24,684 nucleotides of DNA from positions 1 to 24,684 of the forward strand of contig JAAUQQ010000025.1 in assembly GCA_012032745.1 (NCBI GenBank). The letters are read 5' to 3'. Made by a program: the position numbers and the translations under genes. Origin of the DNA: Synechococcales cyanobacterium RM1_1_8. GTDB lineage: Bacteria; Cyanobacteriota; Cyanobacteriia; PCC-9006; JAAUQQ01. Of the stretch, positions 1 through 8,486 are shown in pieces (position 1 is the stretch's first letter; each line of letters begins with the position of its first letter). Below the pieces are notes generated by a model that was given only the letters and a program-made list of their open reading frames with translations, did not search any database and was not told the DNA's origin.

Positions 1-122
1 AACCCCTCTCCCCTTGTGGGAGAGGGGCTCCAATCCGGCTCCCCTTCTCCATCAAATGGAGGAGGGGTTGGGGGATGAGGTCGGCCCAAGCTAGCCTGAG
101 AACTTTCGCCCTGCTGTACTAG
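1..122. repeat. Dispersed intergenic repeat, copy 1 (REP/MITE-like, truncated by window edge)
   Basis: aacccctctcccc..ggagaggggctcc..ggctccccttctccatcaaatggaggaggggttgggggatgaggtcggcccaag..ctgctgtactag; same sequence recurs at 6649-6770 in the same orientation; internal inverted repeats (CTCCAT/ATGGAG). Confidence 0.8.
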
Positions 123-739
123 AGTAAATCTGGCTGCTCCTCGGGCTCGCTCGGCTTGCTGGTGCTGCGATCGGGATCGGCAATGCGATGGGGATAGCGG
201 GAATTTTTTTGGATGTCGCCTTTGATTTGTTCCAGGTCCATGTAGCGATCGGCGACATTGATCAAGCTGTCGCTGGTCATGGAGCGCAGGCTGACCACCT
301 CGACGCGCACCCCTCGATAGCTGACGGCATCGACCGCATAGGCCAGATCCCCATCGCCGCTGACGAGGACAGCGGTGTCGTAGGAGCCCACTAGGGCCAT
401 CATGTCCACGGCAATTTCCACATCCAAGTTGGCTTTTTTAGAGCCATCGGGGAGCTGGACCAAATCCTTGGAAATGACCCGGTAGCCATTGCGCCGCATC
501 CAGAGCAAGAAGCCCTGCTGTTTTTCATTGCTGCGATCTACGCCCGTATAAAAAAACGATCGCAGCAGCCGCGACCCCCCCGTTAACCGGACCAGCAGCT
601 TGGTGTAGTCAATTTCCATACCGAGCTGGAGCGCGGCATAGAATAGGTTGGAGCCATCAATAAAGATCGCCACCCGGCCCCGGTTTTCCAAGACCTGCTC
701 CGGCGTAAAGATGGGATCTCGATCCAGAGATTGAATCAT
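119..739 (-). CDS. NYN-domain / DUF88 (LabA-like) family protein
   Basis: ORF with RVAIFIDGSNLFYAA, KKANLDVEIAVDMM, DTAVLVSGDGDLAYAVDAVSYRGVRVEV motifs typical of PIN-like NYN domains. Confidence 0.85.
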   Translation of the reverse strand: MIQSLDRDPIFTPEQVLENRGRVAIFIDGSNLFYAALQLGMEIDYTKLLVRLTGGSRLLRSFFYTGVDRSNEKQQGFLLWMRRNGYRVISKDLVQLPDGSKKANLDVEIAVDMMALVGSYDTAVLVSGDGDLAYAVDAVSYRGVRVEVVSLRSMTSDSLINVADRYMDLEQIKGDIQKNSRYPHRIADPDRSTSKPSEPEEQPDLL

Positions 740-865
740 ACAGGGCTAAATCCTTATTTATTAAAAAGGTGACCCCAAAAGCAGGTCTAAAAGGGTCTAA
801 AAAAGAATGCTGAAAACTCGGCCTCGACCAGGATCCCCCAAAAAGAGGGGAGCTTGGAAAATAAT

Positions 866-2509
866 TTAAACGGATTCCAGTTCAAGCTTGGCAAAAATCG
901 GAGAAGGTTGCTCCATGAGCTGTCCCCCAGGCAAACAACCCCACTGGGACTGCTCTCCATAGGCCAGGGAGGCTGACTTGTGCGTGATGGCCCCGCCCGT
1001 AACGGCTGCCGTCACGGCATTGAAGTCCAGCTTGTAACCGAGCTGCTGATAGATGGCATTGGCCAGGTTGGGCACCACGGGGGAAAGCAGGTAGGCCACT
1101 TGACGCACGGACTCTAGCACAGCGTAAAGGATGGACTCAACGGCGGCCTGGTTGCCTTCTTTGTAGCGGCTCCAGGGGGCCTCTTGATCGAGAAATTTAT
1201 TGCAGGCTTGGGCCAGGCTGAGGGCGCTGGTGCAAACTTCGCGGAAGGCTAGGGCTTCATAGGCGATGGCGATGCGATCGCCCAAACCATCCCCCATCTG
1301 CCTCAGGGGGTGATCCGCCGGAAAATCCTCACCCGAGAGCTGGGGCACGGTCAGATCGCAGTAGCGCTTGGCCATACCCAGGGTGCGGTTGAGCAGGTTG
1401 CCCAGATCATTGGCCAGGTCCGCATTCAGGGTATCGACAAAACGCGCTTCGCTGAAGTCGCCATCGCGGCCAAATTCGATCTCCTTGAGAAAGTAGTAGC
1501 GCACGGCATCGGAGCCGTATCGGTTGATCAAGGCGACGGGATCGAGCACATTGCCCAGGCTTTTACCCATTTTTTGGCCATCTTTGGTTAGGAAGCCATG
1601 GCCGAAGACGCGATCGCTCACGGGCAGTCCCGCCGACATCAGCATCGCTGGCCAATAGACCGCATGGAAGCGCAGAATGTCCTTGCCGATCAGATGCAGG
1701 CTAAAGGGAAACCATCTTGCCGTGGCGTTCTCCAGGGTGGGCTCATCCTCGGGCTCCAGCAGGGCGGTGACGTAGCCCAGCAGGGCATCGAACCAGACGT
1801 AGAGTGTGTGCCTGGCATCGCCGGGCACGGGAAAGCCCCAGTCCAAATTGATACGGGAGATCGAAAAATCCTTGAGGCCCTGGCTGACAAAGCTGAGGAC
1901 TTCGTTGCGGCGGCTGGGGGGCTGGATGAAGTCGGGATTGGCTGCGTAGAGGGCTTCCAGCTTTTCCTGATAGTTGGAGAGGCGAAAGAAGTAGTTTTCT
2001 TCATCGCGCCATTCCGCTTCCTGGTTGGGGTGGAGGGGACAGAATTTTTCGTCAATCAGATCGCGCTTTTCCTTGAACTCTTCGCAGCCGACACAGTAAA
2101 ACCCCTGCTGCTGGCTGAGATAGATATCGCCCTGGGCTTCGACGCGCTGATAAAACTCCGTGACGATCGCCCGGTGGCGTTCATCGGTGGTGCGGCTGAA
2201 GCGATCGTATCGGATATTGAGCTGTTGCCACAGATCCTGGAAGCTGCCGACGATCTGGTCGCAGTGTTCCTGGGGCGATCGCCCATGTTTCTCCGCCGTG
2301 CGCTGAATCTTCTGCCCATGCTCATCGGTGCCGGTCACCATCAGGGTGGGCCGCCCCCGCAGCCGCTGGTAGCGACAGAGGCTATCCAAGGCCATGGTGG
2401 TGTAGGCGCTGCCCACGTGGGGAACGTCATTGACGTAGTAGAGCGGCGTCGTGGCGGCAAAAGGGGCGAGGTTGGATGGGGCAGACGCTTTTGGATCGGC
2501 GTTGGACAT
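866..2509 (-). CDS. metG: Methionyl-tRNA synthetase (class I)
   Basis: TTPLYYVNDVPHVGSAYTT (HIGH region), DEHGQKIQRTAEKHG, KTLGK-type motif GFLTKDGQKMGKSLGN, WFDALLGYVTAL. The ORF track extends to 2608, but MSNADPK (start 2509) is the more plausible start. Confidence 0.95.
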   Translation of the reverse strand: MSNADPKASAPSNLAPFAATTPLYYVNDVPHVGSAYTTMALDSLCRYQRLRGRPTLMVTGTDEHGQKIQRTAEKHGRSPQEHCDQIVGSFQDLWQQLNIRYDRFSRTTDERHRAIVTEFYQRVEAQGDIYLSQQQGFYCVGCEEFKEKRDLIDEKFCPLHPNQEAEWRDEENYFFRLSNYQEKLEALYAANPDFIQPPSRRNEVLSFVSQGLKDFSISRINLDWGFPVPGDARHTLYVWFDALLGYVTALLEPEDEPTLENATARWFPFSLHLIGKDILRFHAVYWPAMLMSAGLPVSDRVFGHGFLTKDGQKMGKSLGNVLDPVALINRYGSDAVRYYFLKEIEFGRDGDFSEARFVDTLNADLANDLGNLLNRTLGMAKRYCDLTVPQLSGEDFPADHPLRQMGDGLGDRIAIAYEALAFREVCTSALSLAQACNKFLDQEAPWSRYKEGNQAAVESILYAVLESVRQVAYLLSPVVPNLANAIYQQLGYKLDFNAVTAAVTGGAITHKSASLAYGEQSQWGCLPGGQLMEQPSPIFAKLELESV

Positions 2510-2949
2510 ATAAGGCTCGACGACACGCCCAAACTGGGCTGATATATGGTTTTTTAAAGGGATTTTACAGGGATGCTGTGCCCTCGGACCCAGCGCTAGC
2601 CAGCACAAATCCTAGGCTTTGATAACATAATCCTATACTTCGCCCGAGGGGCCAACGCGGGTTTGATAAAGCTTAAGAAATATTTTGGCAAATTTGGGGC
2701 TTAAATCGCCCAGCGGGCGAGAAATGCAGTTTTGGAGTTCCGGATGGGTGGGACGTTGGGCAGGGGCGAACTAGGTTGTGCGCTCTAGGTCGTGCGATCG
2801 CCCCTGCTTGTCCGGAGCTGTGGGCGCGATCGCGCTGAAATCACCACGGAACCCCTTAGAATTTTTGCAGCTTTGTTTTGCAGCCTTGTCAGGGCTTACC
2901 CGCAAGCGACCTGCAAGCCCCATTCTCTCTCCACCGCTGAGGTCAAGCC

Positions 2950-4068
2950 ATGTTGCCGAATTCTCCTGCCGATGCTGCGGACATGTCCGGCATTACCCAG
3001 GTGTATCCGATTTTGTGGTGTGAGGATCACATTCTCCTGATCGATCAGACCCGCCTGCCTCGGGAATATGTGCTGGTGGACATCCGCCGGTCCAGCGACC
3101 TGGCCGAAGCGATTCGCACGATGATTGTGCGGGGAGCTCCGGCGATCGGCGTGGCCGCCGCCTATGGCATGTACCTGGGGGCCAAGGAACTGGCCGCAAC
3201 CCTTGGCGACTGGGATCGCCCCCGCTTCCTCGCTGGGCTGGCGGAAGTGGCGGCCATGCTGCGGGAAACGCGTCCCACGGCGGTGAACCTGTTTTGGGCA
3301 ATCGATCGCATGACTGGCCTGGCCCAGCACAGCCAAGCCGCCACGGCCCAGGCATGGGTGGCTGAACTCCTAGCCGAAGCCCAGGAGATCCACCTCTCAG
3401 ACCTCAAAACCTGCTACCGCATCGGCCAGCAGGGGTTGAATATTTTGCCCGATCGCCCCGAAAAACTGCGGATCATGACCCACTGCAATACGGGCTCCCT
3501 GGCCACGGCGGGCTATGGCACTGCCCTGGGAGTGGTGCGATCGGCCTGGCGATCGGGGCGGCTGGAGCGGGTCTATGCGGGGGAGACGCGGCCCCGGCTC
3601 CAAGGCGCGAAGCTGACCACCTGGGAATGCATCCAAGAAGACATTCCAGTCACGCTCATTACTGACAGCATGGCCGCCCACTGCATGGCCCAGGGGATGG
3701 TTGATCTGGTGATCGTCGGGGCTGATCGCATCGCCGCCAACGGCGACACCGCCAACAAAATCGGCACCTACAGTCTGGCCCTCGTGGCCAAGGCCCACAA
3801 CATTCCGTTCTACGTGGCGGCTCCCCTCTCCACGGTGGATTTCAGCCTCCCCGATGGCACCCAGATTCCCATCGAAGAGCGGGATCCCGCTGAGATTGCC
3901 CTGACCTGGGGAGAGCCGATCTGTCCTGCGGGCACTGAATTCTACAATCCCGCCTTCGATGTCACCCCAGCGGCCCTGATCACCGCTGTGATTACCGAAG
4001 AGGGCTGCGTCGCCCCAGAGGAACTGCCTAGCCTCGAACATGCCTTGCATCCCTCGGTGAAGCGCTAG
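2950..4068 (+). CDS. mtnA: S-methyl-5-thioribose-1-phosphate isomerase
   Basis: [94 protein letters not shown]. Start may be the internal ATG giving MSGITQVY. Confidence 0.95.
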   Translation: MLPNSPADAADMSGITQVYPILWCEDHILLIDQTRLPREYVLVDIRRSSDLAEAIRTMIVRGAPAIGVAAAYGMYLGAKELAATLGDWDRPRFLAGLAEVAAMLRETRPTAVNLFWAIDRMTGLAQHSQAATAQAWVAELLAEAQEIHLSDLKTCYRIGQQGLNILPDRPEKLRIMTHCNTGSLATAGYGTALGVVRSAWRSGRLERVYAGETRPRLQGAKLTTWECIQEDIPVTLITDSMAAHCMAQGMVDLVIVGADRIAANGDTANKIGTYSLALVAKAHNIPFYVAAPLSTVDFSLPDGTQIPIEERDPAEIALTWGEPICPAGTEFYNPAFDVTPAALITAVITEEGCVAPEELPSLEHALHPSVKR

Positions 4069-4089
4069 GCCCAGTCAGCCCAGCCAGGT

Positions 4090-4467
4090 CTAATCGTCGA
4101 TCGCCTGGGAGGAAATCACTTCCACATCCACCGTGCCCGGCGGCGTCTGGCGCACAAACTGACGATCCTTAACCAAGAGCGACTCACCACAGCTCGGACA
4201 GGTCAGGGGCCTGCCCTGCAATGCACTCAGGGGAGCAGCGCAGACGGGGCAACTGCCCTGAACAATATTGCGATTGAGCCACCAGCGCAGGCCCACAAAC
4301 CCAACAATGGGGGCGATGACCACTAGGGCGACAAGAAAGGTCGAAAGCTCCACAAACCAATCGGGCAGGATGGAAATCAGCGCAAACAGCGCCACCAAGC
4401 CCAAGAGCAAACTGCCCAGGCCCCGAAGCTGAATTGACCGAACCTCACTAAACCGATTGGGATCCAT
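4090..4467 (-). CDS. Small membrane protein with C-terminal zinc ribbon (CxxC..CxxC)
   Basis: Two hydrophobic segments followed by CPVCAAPLSALQGRPLTCPSCGE. Confidence 0.6.
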   Translation of the reverse strand: MDPNRFSEVRSIQLRGLGSLLLGLVALFALISILPDWFVELSTFLVALVVIAPIVGFVGLRWWLNRNIVQGSCPVCAAPLSALQGRPLTCPSCGESLLVKDRQFVRQTPPGTVDVEVISSQAIDD

Positions 4468-4527
4468 AGATGCTCCTGCTGCCTGCGCAGGGGGACGGCG
4501 ACTGGCTGGTACTGCGGCTGGGGTTGA

Positions 4528-5202
4528 TCAGGCCTCCAGAGACTGAGCCAGCGTCTGGGATAGCTTTTGGGCCATAGCCTCAATCCAGGCTTCATCCTGC
4601 TCGCTATAGCTGCGGGGGGCATTGGCTGCCAAAATCAATGCGCCGCGACTTTCCTCGCCATCGTCGCTGGGATCGGTCAGGGGATGGCAAATCAGCCCTT
4701 GAATGTTTTCGGGCAAATAATCAAATTCAATCCGGCCTGGATAGAGCTTGAGATCCACCAGGTAGACTGGCTTCTCAGTCTCCATGACGCGATCGACGAT
4801 GATCCCCGGCTCCTCCATCTCCCGTTCGACCAGGATGCCCCGCCGGGCAATGACGCGGTCGTCATACCAGATCAGGAGCGATCGCGTCGCCGTATTGGTC
4901 AACAGCAGCTTGGTCACCCAAGCCAGCTCCAGCTTGACGGCTTCGGGCAGGGATTCATCTAAATCAAACCCCTCGCTGCCCACCAGCTCTACCGCTTCCG
5001 GCAGCTTGGGCTGCACCCGCTGCCACAGTAGCCCCGTGAGGATCAGCAGGGCGCTGAGGATGATGCCGAGGGCATCGGAGCGGGATTGGGAGGTGACCAA
5101 GACGGGGGTGAAGGCGCGGTTGATTAACAGCAGCATGCCGCCCAGGGCACCCACCACCAGGGGCAGGCGTTGGAGAACTGGAGAGGAATCGGAAGGAGCC
5201 AA
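4528..5202 (-). CDS. Cofactor assembly of complex C subunit B-like protein (CCB2/CCB4-like)
   Basis: Two N-terminal hydrophobic stretches then LLTNTATRSLLIWYDDRVIARRGIL, resembling cyanobacterial CCB family proteins; family assignment from memory of motif. Confidence 0.6.
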   Translation of the reverse strand: MAPSDSSPVLQRLPLVVGALGGMLLLINRAFTPVLVTSQSRSDALGIILSALLILTGLLWQRVQPKLPEAVELVGSEGFDLDESLPEAVKLELAWVTKLLLTNTATRSLLIWYDDRVIARRGILVEREMEEPGIIVDRVMETEKPVYLVDLKLYPGRIEFDYLPENIQGLICHPLTDPSDDGEESRGALILAANAPRSYSEQDEAWIEAMAQKLSQTLAQSLEA

Positions 5203-5264
5203 GGGAAATTTACTCGGAATTCAGGAACAAAGGCGGGTCAAATGGGCGAGATCAGGCTGGCGGT

Positions 5265-5717
5265 TTAGTCCAAATAGCCCAACATTTCCTCATCTGCGGG
5301 ACTGGTGTTGGGCGCGATGGGCCGGTTCATGATCTGGGGCGACTGGGTGAAGTTGGGGCTAGGGGAGCCGTTGATGTTCGGCGAAGCTCCAATCGGCCTC
5401 AGGCCTGCCATGCGCACCGTTTGGGAGACCTGGATGGGGCTGGGGTCTACGGGGCGGTTGTCGGTGTAGCGCTTGCGGCGGGAGCTGACAACCAGGGCGT
5501 GGGTTTGCTCAATGCTGCCGGGCTTGGGCGGGGCTTCGCTGCCGGGGACTGGCTGGCCGGGGCTGGGCTGGCCGTTGGAGGCCCCGTTGGACGCTGCGCT
5601 GGCGGGCTGGCTTGGGTCAGTGCCTGCTGGGCTGGCGGACTGGGCTGCGCGGCGATCGCGCTTAAGGCTCTGGCGGCTGGGGGTGTTTTGGGCGGAGCTG
5701 GACGGGTCGTTGGCCAT
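5265..5717 (-). CDS. Hypothetical Pro/Ser/Ala-rich low-complexity protein
   Basis: Long ORF between minus-strand genes; low-complexity composition (PSSSAQNTPSRQ..., PGQPVPGSEAPPKPG) with no recognised domain. Confidence 0.5.
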   Translation of the reverse strand: MANDPSSSAQNTPSRQSLKRDRRAAQSASPAGTDPSQPASAASNGASNGQPSPGQPVPGSEAPPKPGSIEQTHALVVSSRRKRYTDNRPVDPSPIQVSQTVRMAGLRPIGASPNINGSPSPNFTQSPQIMNRPIAPNTSPADEEMLGYLD

Positions 5718-6060
5718 GGGGTCCTCGCGGGCGGGGTGCTGGGACGAATCGCTGGTGCTGAGACCGGCAAGATTGAGTCAGGGAGATTGAGGAAACTAAG
5801 GCTCCCGTGATGGTTGGGTTCGGAGCGCTCTCCCTTAGGGACATCCCGTCGGGGCAGGGGAATCCTCAATGCTGTGGCAAATCTTATTGATTCTCTACGT
5901 CTCAATTATAGGGACAGGTCTGGCATTCTCGACCGATTGGCCCCAGGCAAAGCCCTAGATTGACGCGAGCTATTGACGATAGTTGGCGAGAGATTGCCTA
6001 TGATGGGCCCTAGGGAATGCTTGGAAAGTGGGTAAGGCAGCGATGGGGCCAGACCACAAT

Positions 6061-6100
6061 CTTCAAATTTCAAACATTCTCTTCAAATTTCAAACATTCT
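6061..6100. repeat. Perfect tandem duplication of a 20-mer (cttcaaatttcaaacattct x2)
   Basis: 6061-6080 and 6081-6100 are identical. Confidence 0.95.
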
Positions 6101-6153
6101 CTGTCGCAGAAATGTTCCGTAAAACGCATTGATTTCGAAGGGAAGCGGGCTCC

Positions 6154-6615
6154 ATGGGCTTATTTGACAAGGTGACGAAGCAGGTGAAGGTGACCCAGCA
6201 GTTAGATGATGGCGCTGCTTTGAGCAGTCCGGAGGCCTTTGCTGCGATCGCCCTGGCAGCTGTGGCTTCCGATGGCTATCTCTCGGAAGAGGAAGCCCAG
6301 AGCATCCCCTTCATTCTCTCCCACATGCAGTTGTTCAAAGCTTACAGCGATGACATGATGCGTCGGCTGTTCGATAAGCTGTTGGCCAGGCTTCAGCACA
6401 GTGGTGTAGAGGCCCTGGTTGTCTCTGCCAAGGATTCCCTCGAACCAGACCTGCGGGAGACAGCTTTTACGGTGGCGACGGATTTGGTCCTGGCCGATGG
6501 GGTGGTGACCGAGGAGGAGGAGACTTTTCTACAGGATTTGCAGGGGAAGCTGGGCATCGACAGCGACCTGGCCCAGCAGGTGGTTCGGGTGATGACGATT
6601 AAGAACCGAGGCTAG
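6154..6615 (+). CDS. TerB-like (tellurite-resistance TerB fold) family protein
   Basis: MGLFDKVTKQ... AFAAIALAAVASDGYLSEEEAQSIPFIL ... VATDLVLADGVVTEEEETFLQDL, acidic helical repeats typical of TerB-like proteins. Confidence 0.75.
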   Translation: MGLFDKVTKQVKVTQQLDDGAALSSPEAFAAIALAAVASDGYLSEEEAQSIPFILSHMQLFKAYSDDMMRRLFDKLLARLQHSGVEALVVSAKDSLEPDLRETAFTVATDLVLADGVVTEEEETFLQDLQGKLGIDSDLAQQVVRVMTIKNRG

Positions 6616-6648
6616 TAGACTTGGGCGTAAGTTTGGCTCCCTCACCCC

Positions 6649-6770
6649 AACCCCTCTCCCACAAGGGAAGAGAGGCTTCGATCCGGCTCCTCTTCTCCAT
6701 CTGATGGAGAAAGGGTTGGGGGATGAGGTCGGCCCAAGCGAGCCTCAGAACTTCCACCCTGCTGTACTAG
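6649..6770. repeat. Dispersed intergenic repeat, copy 2
   Basis: Same 122-bp sequence as 1-122 (aacccctctccc..ggatgaggtcggcccaagcgagcctcagaac..ctgctgtactag), diverged mainly inside the hairpins. Confidence 0.85.
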
Positions 6771-7423
6771 GATTTGACCTGGGCTCCGTGGCTGCGGGGA
6801 TCGCTCTGGCCGAGCCGGGTTGTGCTGAGGCCGCGATCGGTGGGGGAGAGCTTGCCCGTAACTGGGTTCTGGTCTGGGTTCTGATCTGGGCCACCACCTG
6901 GGCCACCTGGGCCATCACCCTGGGCCCGGACAGCCCGGACATAGGGCAGGGAAGTTTGGTTTACCAGTGCCTCTAGGTTGGCTGCCATCACCGCTGGGGG
7001 TTGCTCGCCCAGGCTGGCGGCGACGGTCTGGCCGTCGCGGTCAAAGAATTCAAAGTGGGGAATGCCATCGACATTGTAGGTACTCATTTCGGGCAGCCAT
7101 TTGTCGTTGTCCACGTTGAGCATGACGAAGTTGAGGCGATCGCCATAGCGCTGTTCCAGCTCTGCCATGGTGCCGACCATGGCCTGGCAGCTGGTACACC
7201 AATCGGCGTAAAACTCCACCAGGGAGGGTTTGCCACTGTTCAAGGCGACGTCCAAGGGTACGGCGGCGGCGGCCATGCTGCCCAGGGTCGGTACCGTGTT
7301 TTGCAATCGCAGGCCGAAGAAGATGGAAACTGTTAGGGCGGTGGCCACTAGGGCAATGATGCCATTGCGGAGGCTGCTGCTGGGGCTCAATGGAGATGAA
7401 TTGGTGGTCTTGGGCTCAGCCAT
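6767..7423 (-). CDS. Membrane-anchored thioredoxin-like protein (TxlA/HCF164-like)
   Basis: N-terminal TM segment; LVEFYADWCTSCQAM (WCxxC), FVMLNVDNDKW, YNVDGIPHFEFFDRDG. Confidence 0.85.
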   Translation of the reverse strand: MAEPKTTNSSPLSPSSSLRNGIIALVATALTVSIFFGLRLQNTVPTLGSMAAAAVPLDVALNSGKPSLVEFYADWCTSCQAMVGTMAELEQRYGDRLNFVMLNVDNDKWLPEMSTYNVDGIPHFEFFDRDGQTVAASLGEQPPAVMAANLEALVNQTSLPYVRAVRAQGDGPGGPGGGPDQNPDQNPVTGKLSPTDRGLSTTRLGQSDPRSHGAQVKS

Positions 7424-7506
7424 GGGTCTTGCTCAGTCGGGTCATAATATGAGGGGCTCACCTTCCAGTGTAATTCCCCAGATCAATTCCACCGGCTAGC
7501 CCTGCT

Positions 7507-7860
7507 ATGAAAAAGCGTGTCACCCTGACCTTTTCTCGCGAAACCTCCCAGATGCCGGTGACCTATTTGCTGGCGCGGGATTTTAATGTGGCGGCCAATA
7601 TCATCCGTGCCCAGGTGGCTCCCAATCGCGTGGGGACGCTGGTGCTGGAGCTGTCGGGGGAAATTGACGAGCTGAATGATTCCCTAGACTGGCTGCGATC
7701 GCGCCAGGTTCAAGTGTCCCTCGTGAGCCAGGAAATCACGGTGGATGCAGATGTCTGTGTTCACTGCGGCCTTTGCACGGGTGTTTGTCCCACGGAGGCG
7801 CTGAAGCTGGACCCCAAAACCGCTAAGCTGAGTTTCACGCGATCGCGTCGTGTGTGGTGA
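7507..7860 (+). CDS. NIL-domain 4Fe-4S ferredoxin, prematurely terminated (in-frame continuation to 7914)
   Basis: NIL domain (VTLTFSRETSQMPVTYLLARDFNVAANIIRAQV) then CVHCGLCTGVCPTEAL; stop TGA at 7858-7860 is directly followed in the same frame by CEQCIPTCPVEAISINL* (7861-7914). Confidence 0.75.
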   Translation: MKKRVTLTFSRETSQMPVTYLLARDFNVAANIIRAQVAPNRVGTLVLELSGEIDELNDSLDWLRSRQVQVSLVSQEITVDADVCVHCGLCTGVCPTEALKLDPKTAKLSFTRSRRVW

Positions 7861-7926
7861 TGTGAGCAGTGCATTCCCACTTGCCCGGTTGAGGCCATTT
7901 CGATCAATCTTTGAGTCAAGCTGTTT

Positions 7927-8448
7927 TTGCCCTCCCTGCCATTGCCTGTGTCACTGTTTCCTAAGCCCTATCGTCTCATCCCGGTTTCCCTGCTGCTGCT
8001 GTTTGCGGCTTATTTGGTGGTGGGCTGGAATTGGGCTCTGTATCGGGAGACCTGGACCCAGTCCTTTGCCCTATTGGCCGCTTGGCCCCAGCTCTTTTGG
8101 CCGGGGGCGGCCTTGATTACCCTGGTGACAATTGCAGTATTTACTGAGCCTTTGGCTGGCATTCGGCGCTGGCTCCATCAAGCCTTTGAGTCGGATACTA
8201 AAATGTTTTTCACCGTTATTTTGTTGACCAGTCTTTCGATTTTGCTGTTGGTTCACATGGAGATTTTGGCGAAGGGCATGTTGTTACTCAGTACGATTTC
8301 CCTGGCGAGATTCGATTTTCAGTTGGCGAAGCTAAACCATTGGTCTGCCTTTTTCTATCTTTCAATTTTTGCAATACTAGGTTTGTTATCCGGGGCGATG
8401 TTGCATTGGGCTTGGGGGCATTATGAGTTGCCTATGGGGAATGGGTGA
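7927..8448 (+). CDS. Hypothetical membrane protein
   Basis: ORF with about four hydrophobic segments (VSLLLLFAAYLVVGW, LITLVTIAVF, VILLTSLSILLLVHM, FFYLSIFAILGLLSGAML). Confidence 0.55.
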   Translation: MPSLPLPVSLFPKPYRLIPVSLLLLFAAYLVVGWNWALYRETWTQSFALLAAWPQLFWPGAALITLVTIAVFTEPLAGIRRWLHQAFESDTKMFFTVILLTSLSILLLVHMEILAKGMLLLSTISLARFDFQLAKLNHWSAFFYLSIFAILGLLSGAMLHWAWGHYELPMGNG

Positions 8449-8486
8449 TGGGGAATGGGGAGTAGGACGTAGAGGATGGTAGAGCT

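Noticed and set aside
1310-2542. Long ORFs antisense to metG (1310..1591 +, 1598..2542 +) and the nested minus ORFs
   Set aside because: metG is unambiguous on the minus strand; the antisense ORFs have no recognisable motifs and reflect high-GC codon shadowing.
3397-4050. 217-aa ORF antisense to mtnA
   Set aside because: Shadow of the strongly conserved mtnA reading frame.
7858-7860. TGA in the ferredoxin as selenocysteine
   Set aside because: Nothing supports Sec machinery or a SECIS here, and the expected Cys falls three codons upstream; small indels explain it better.
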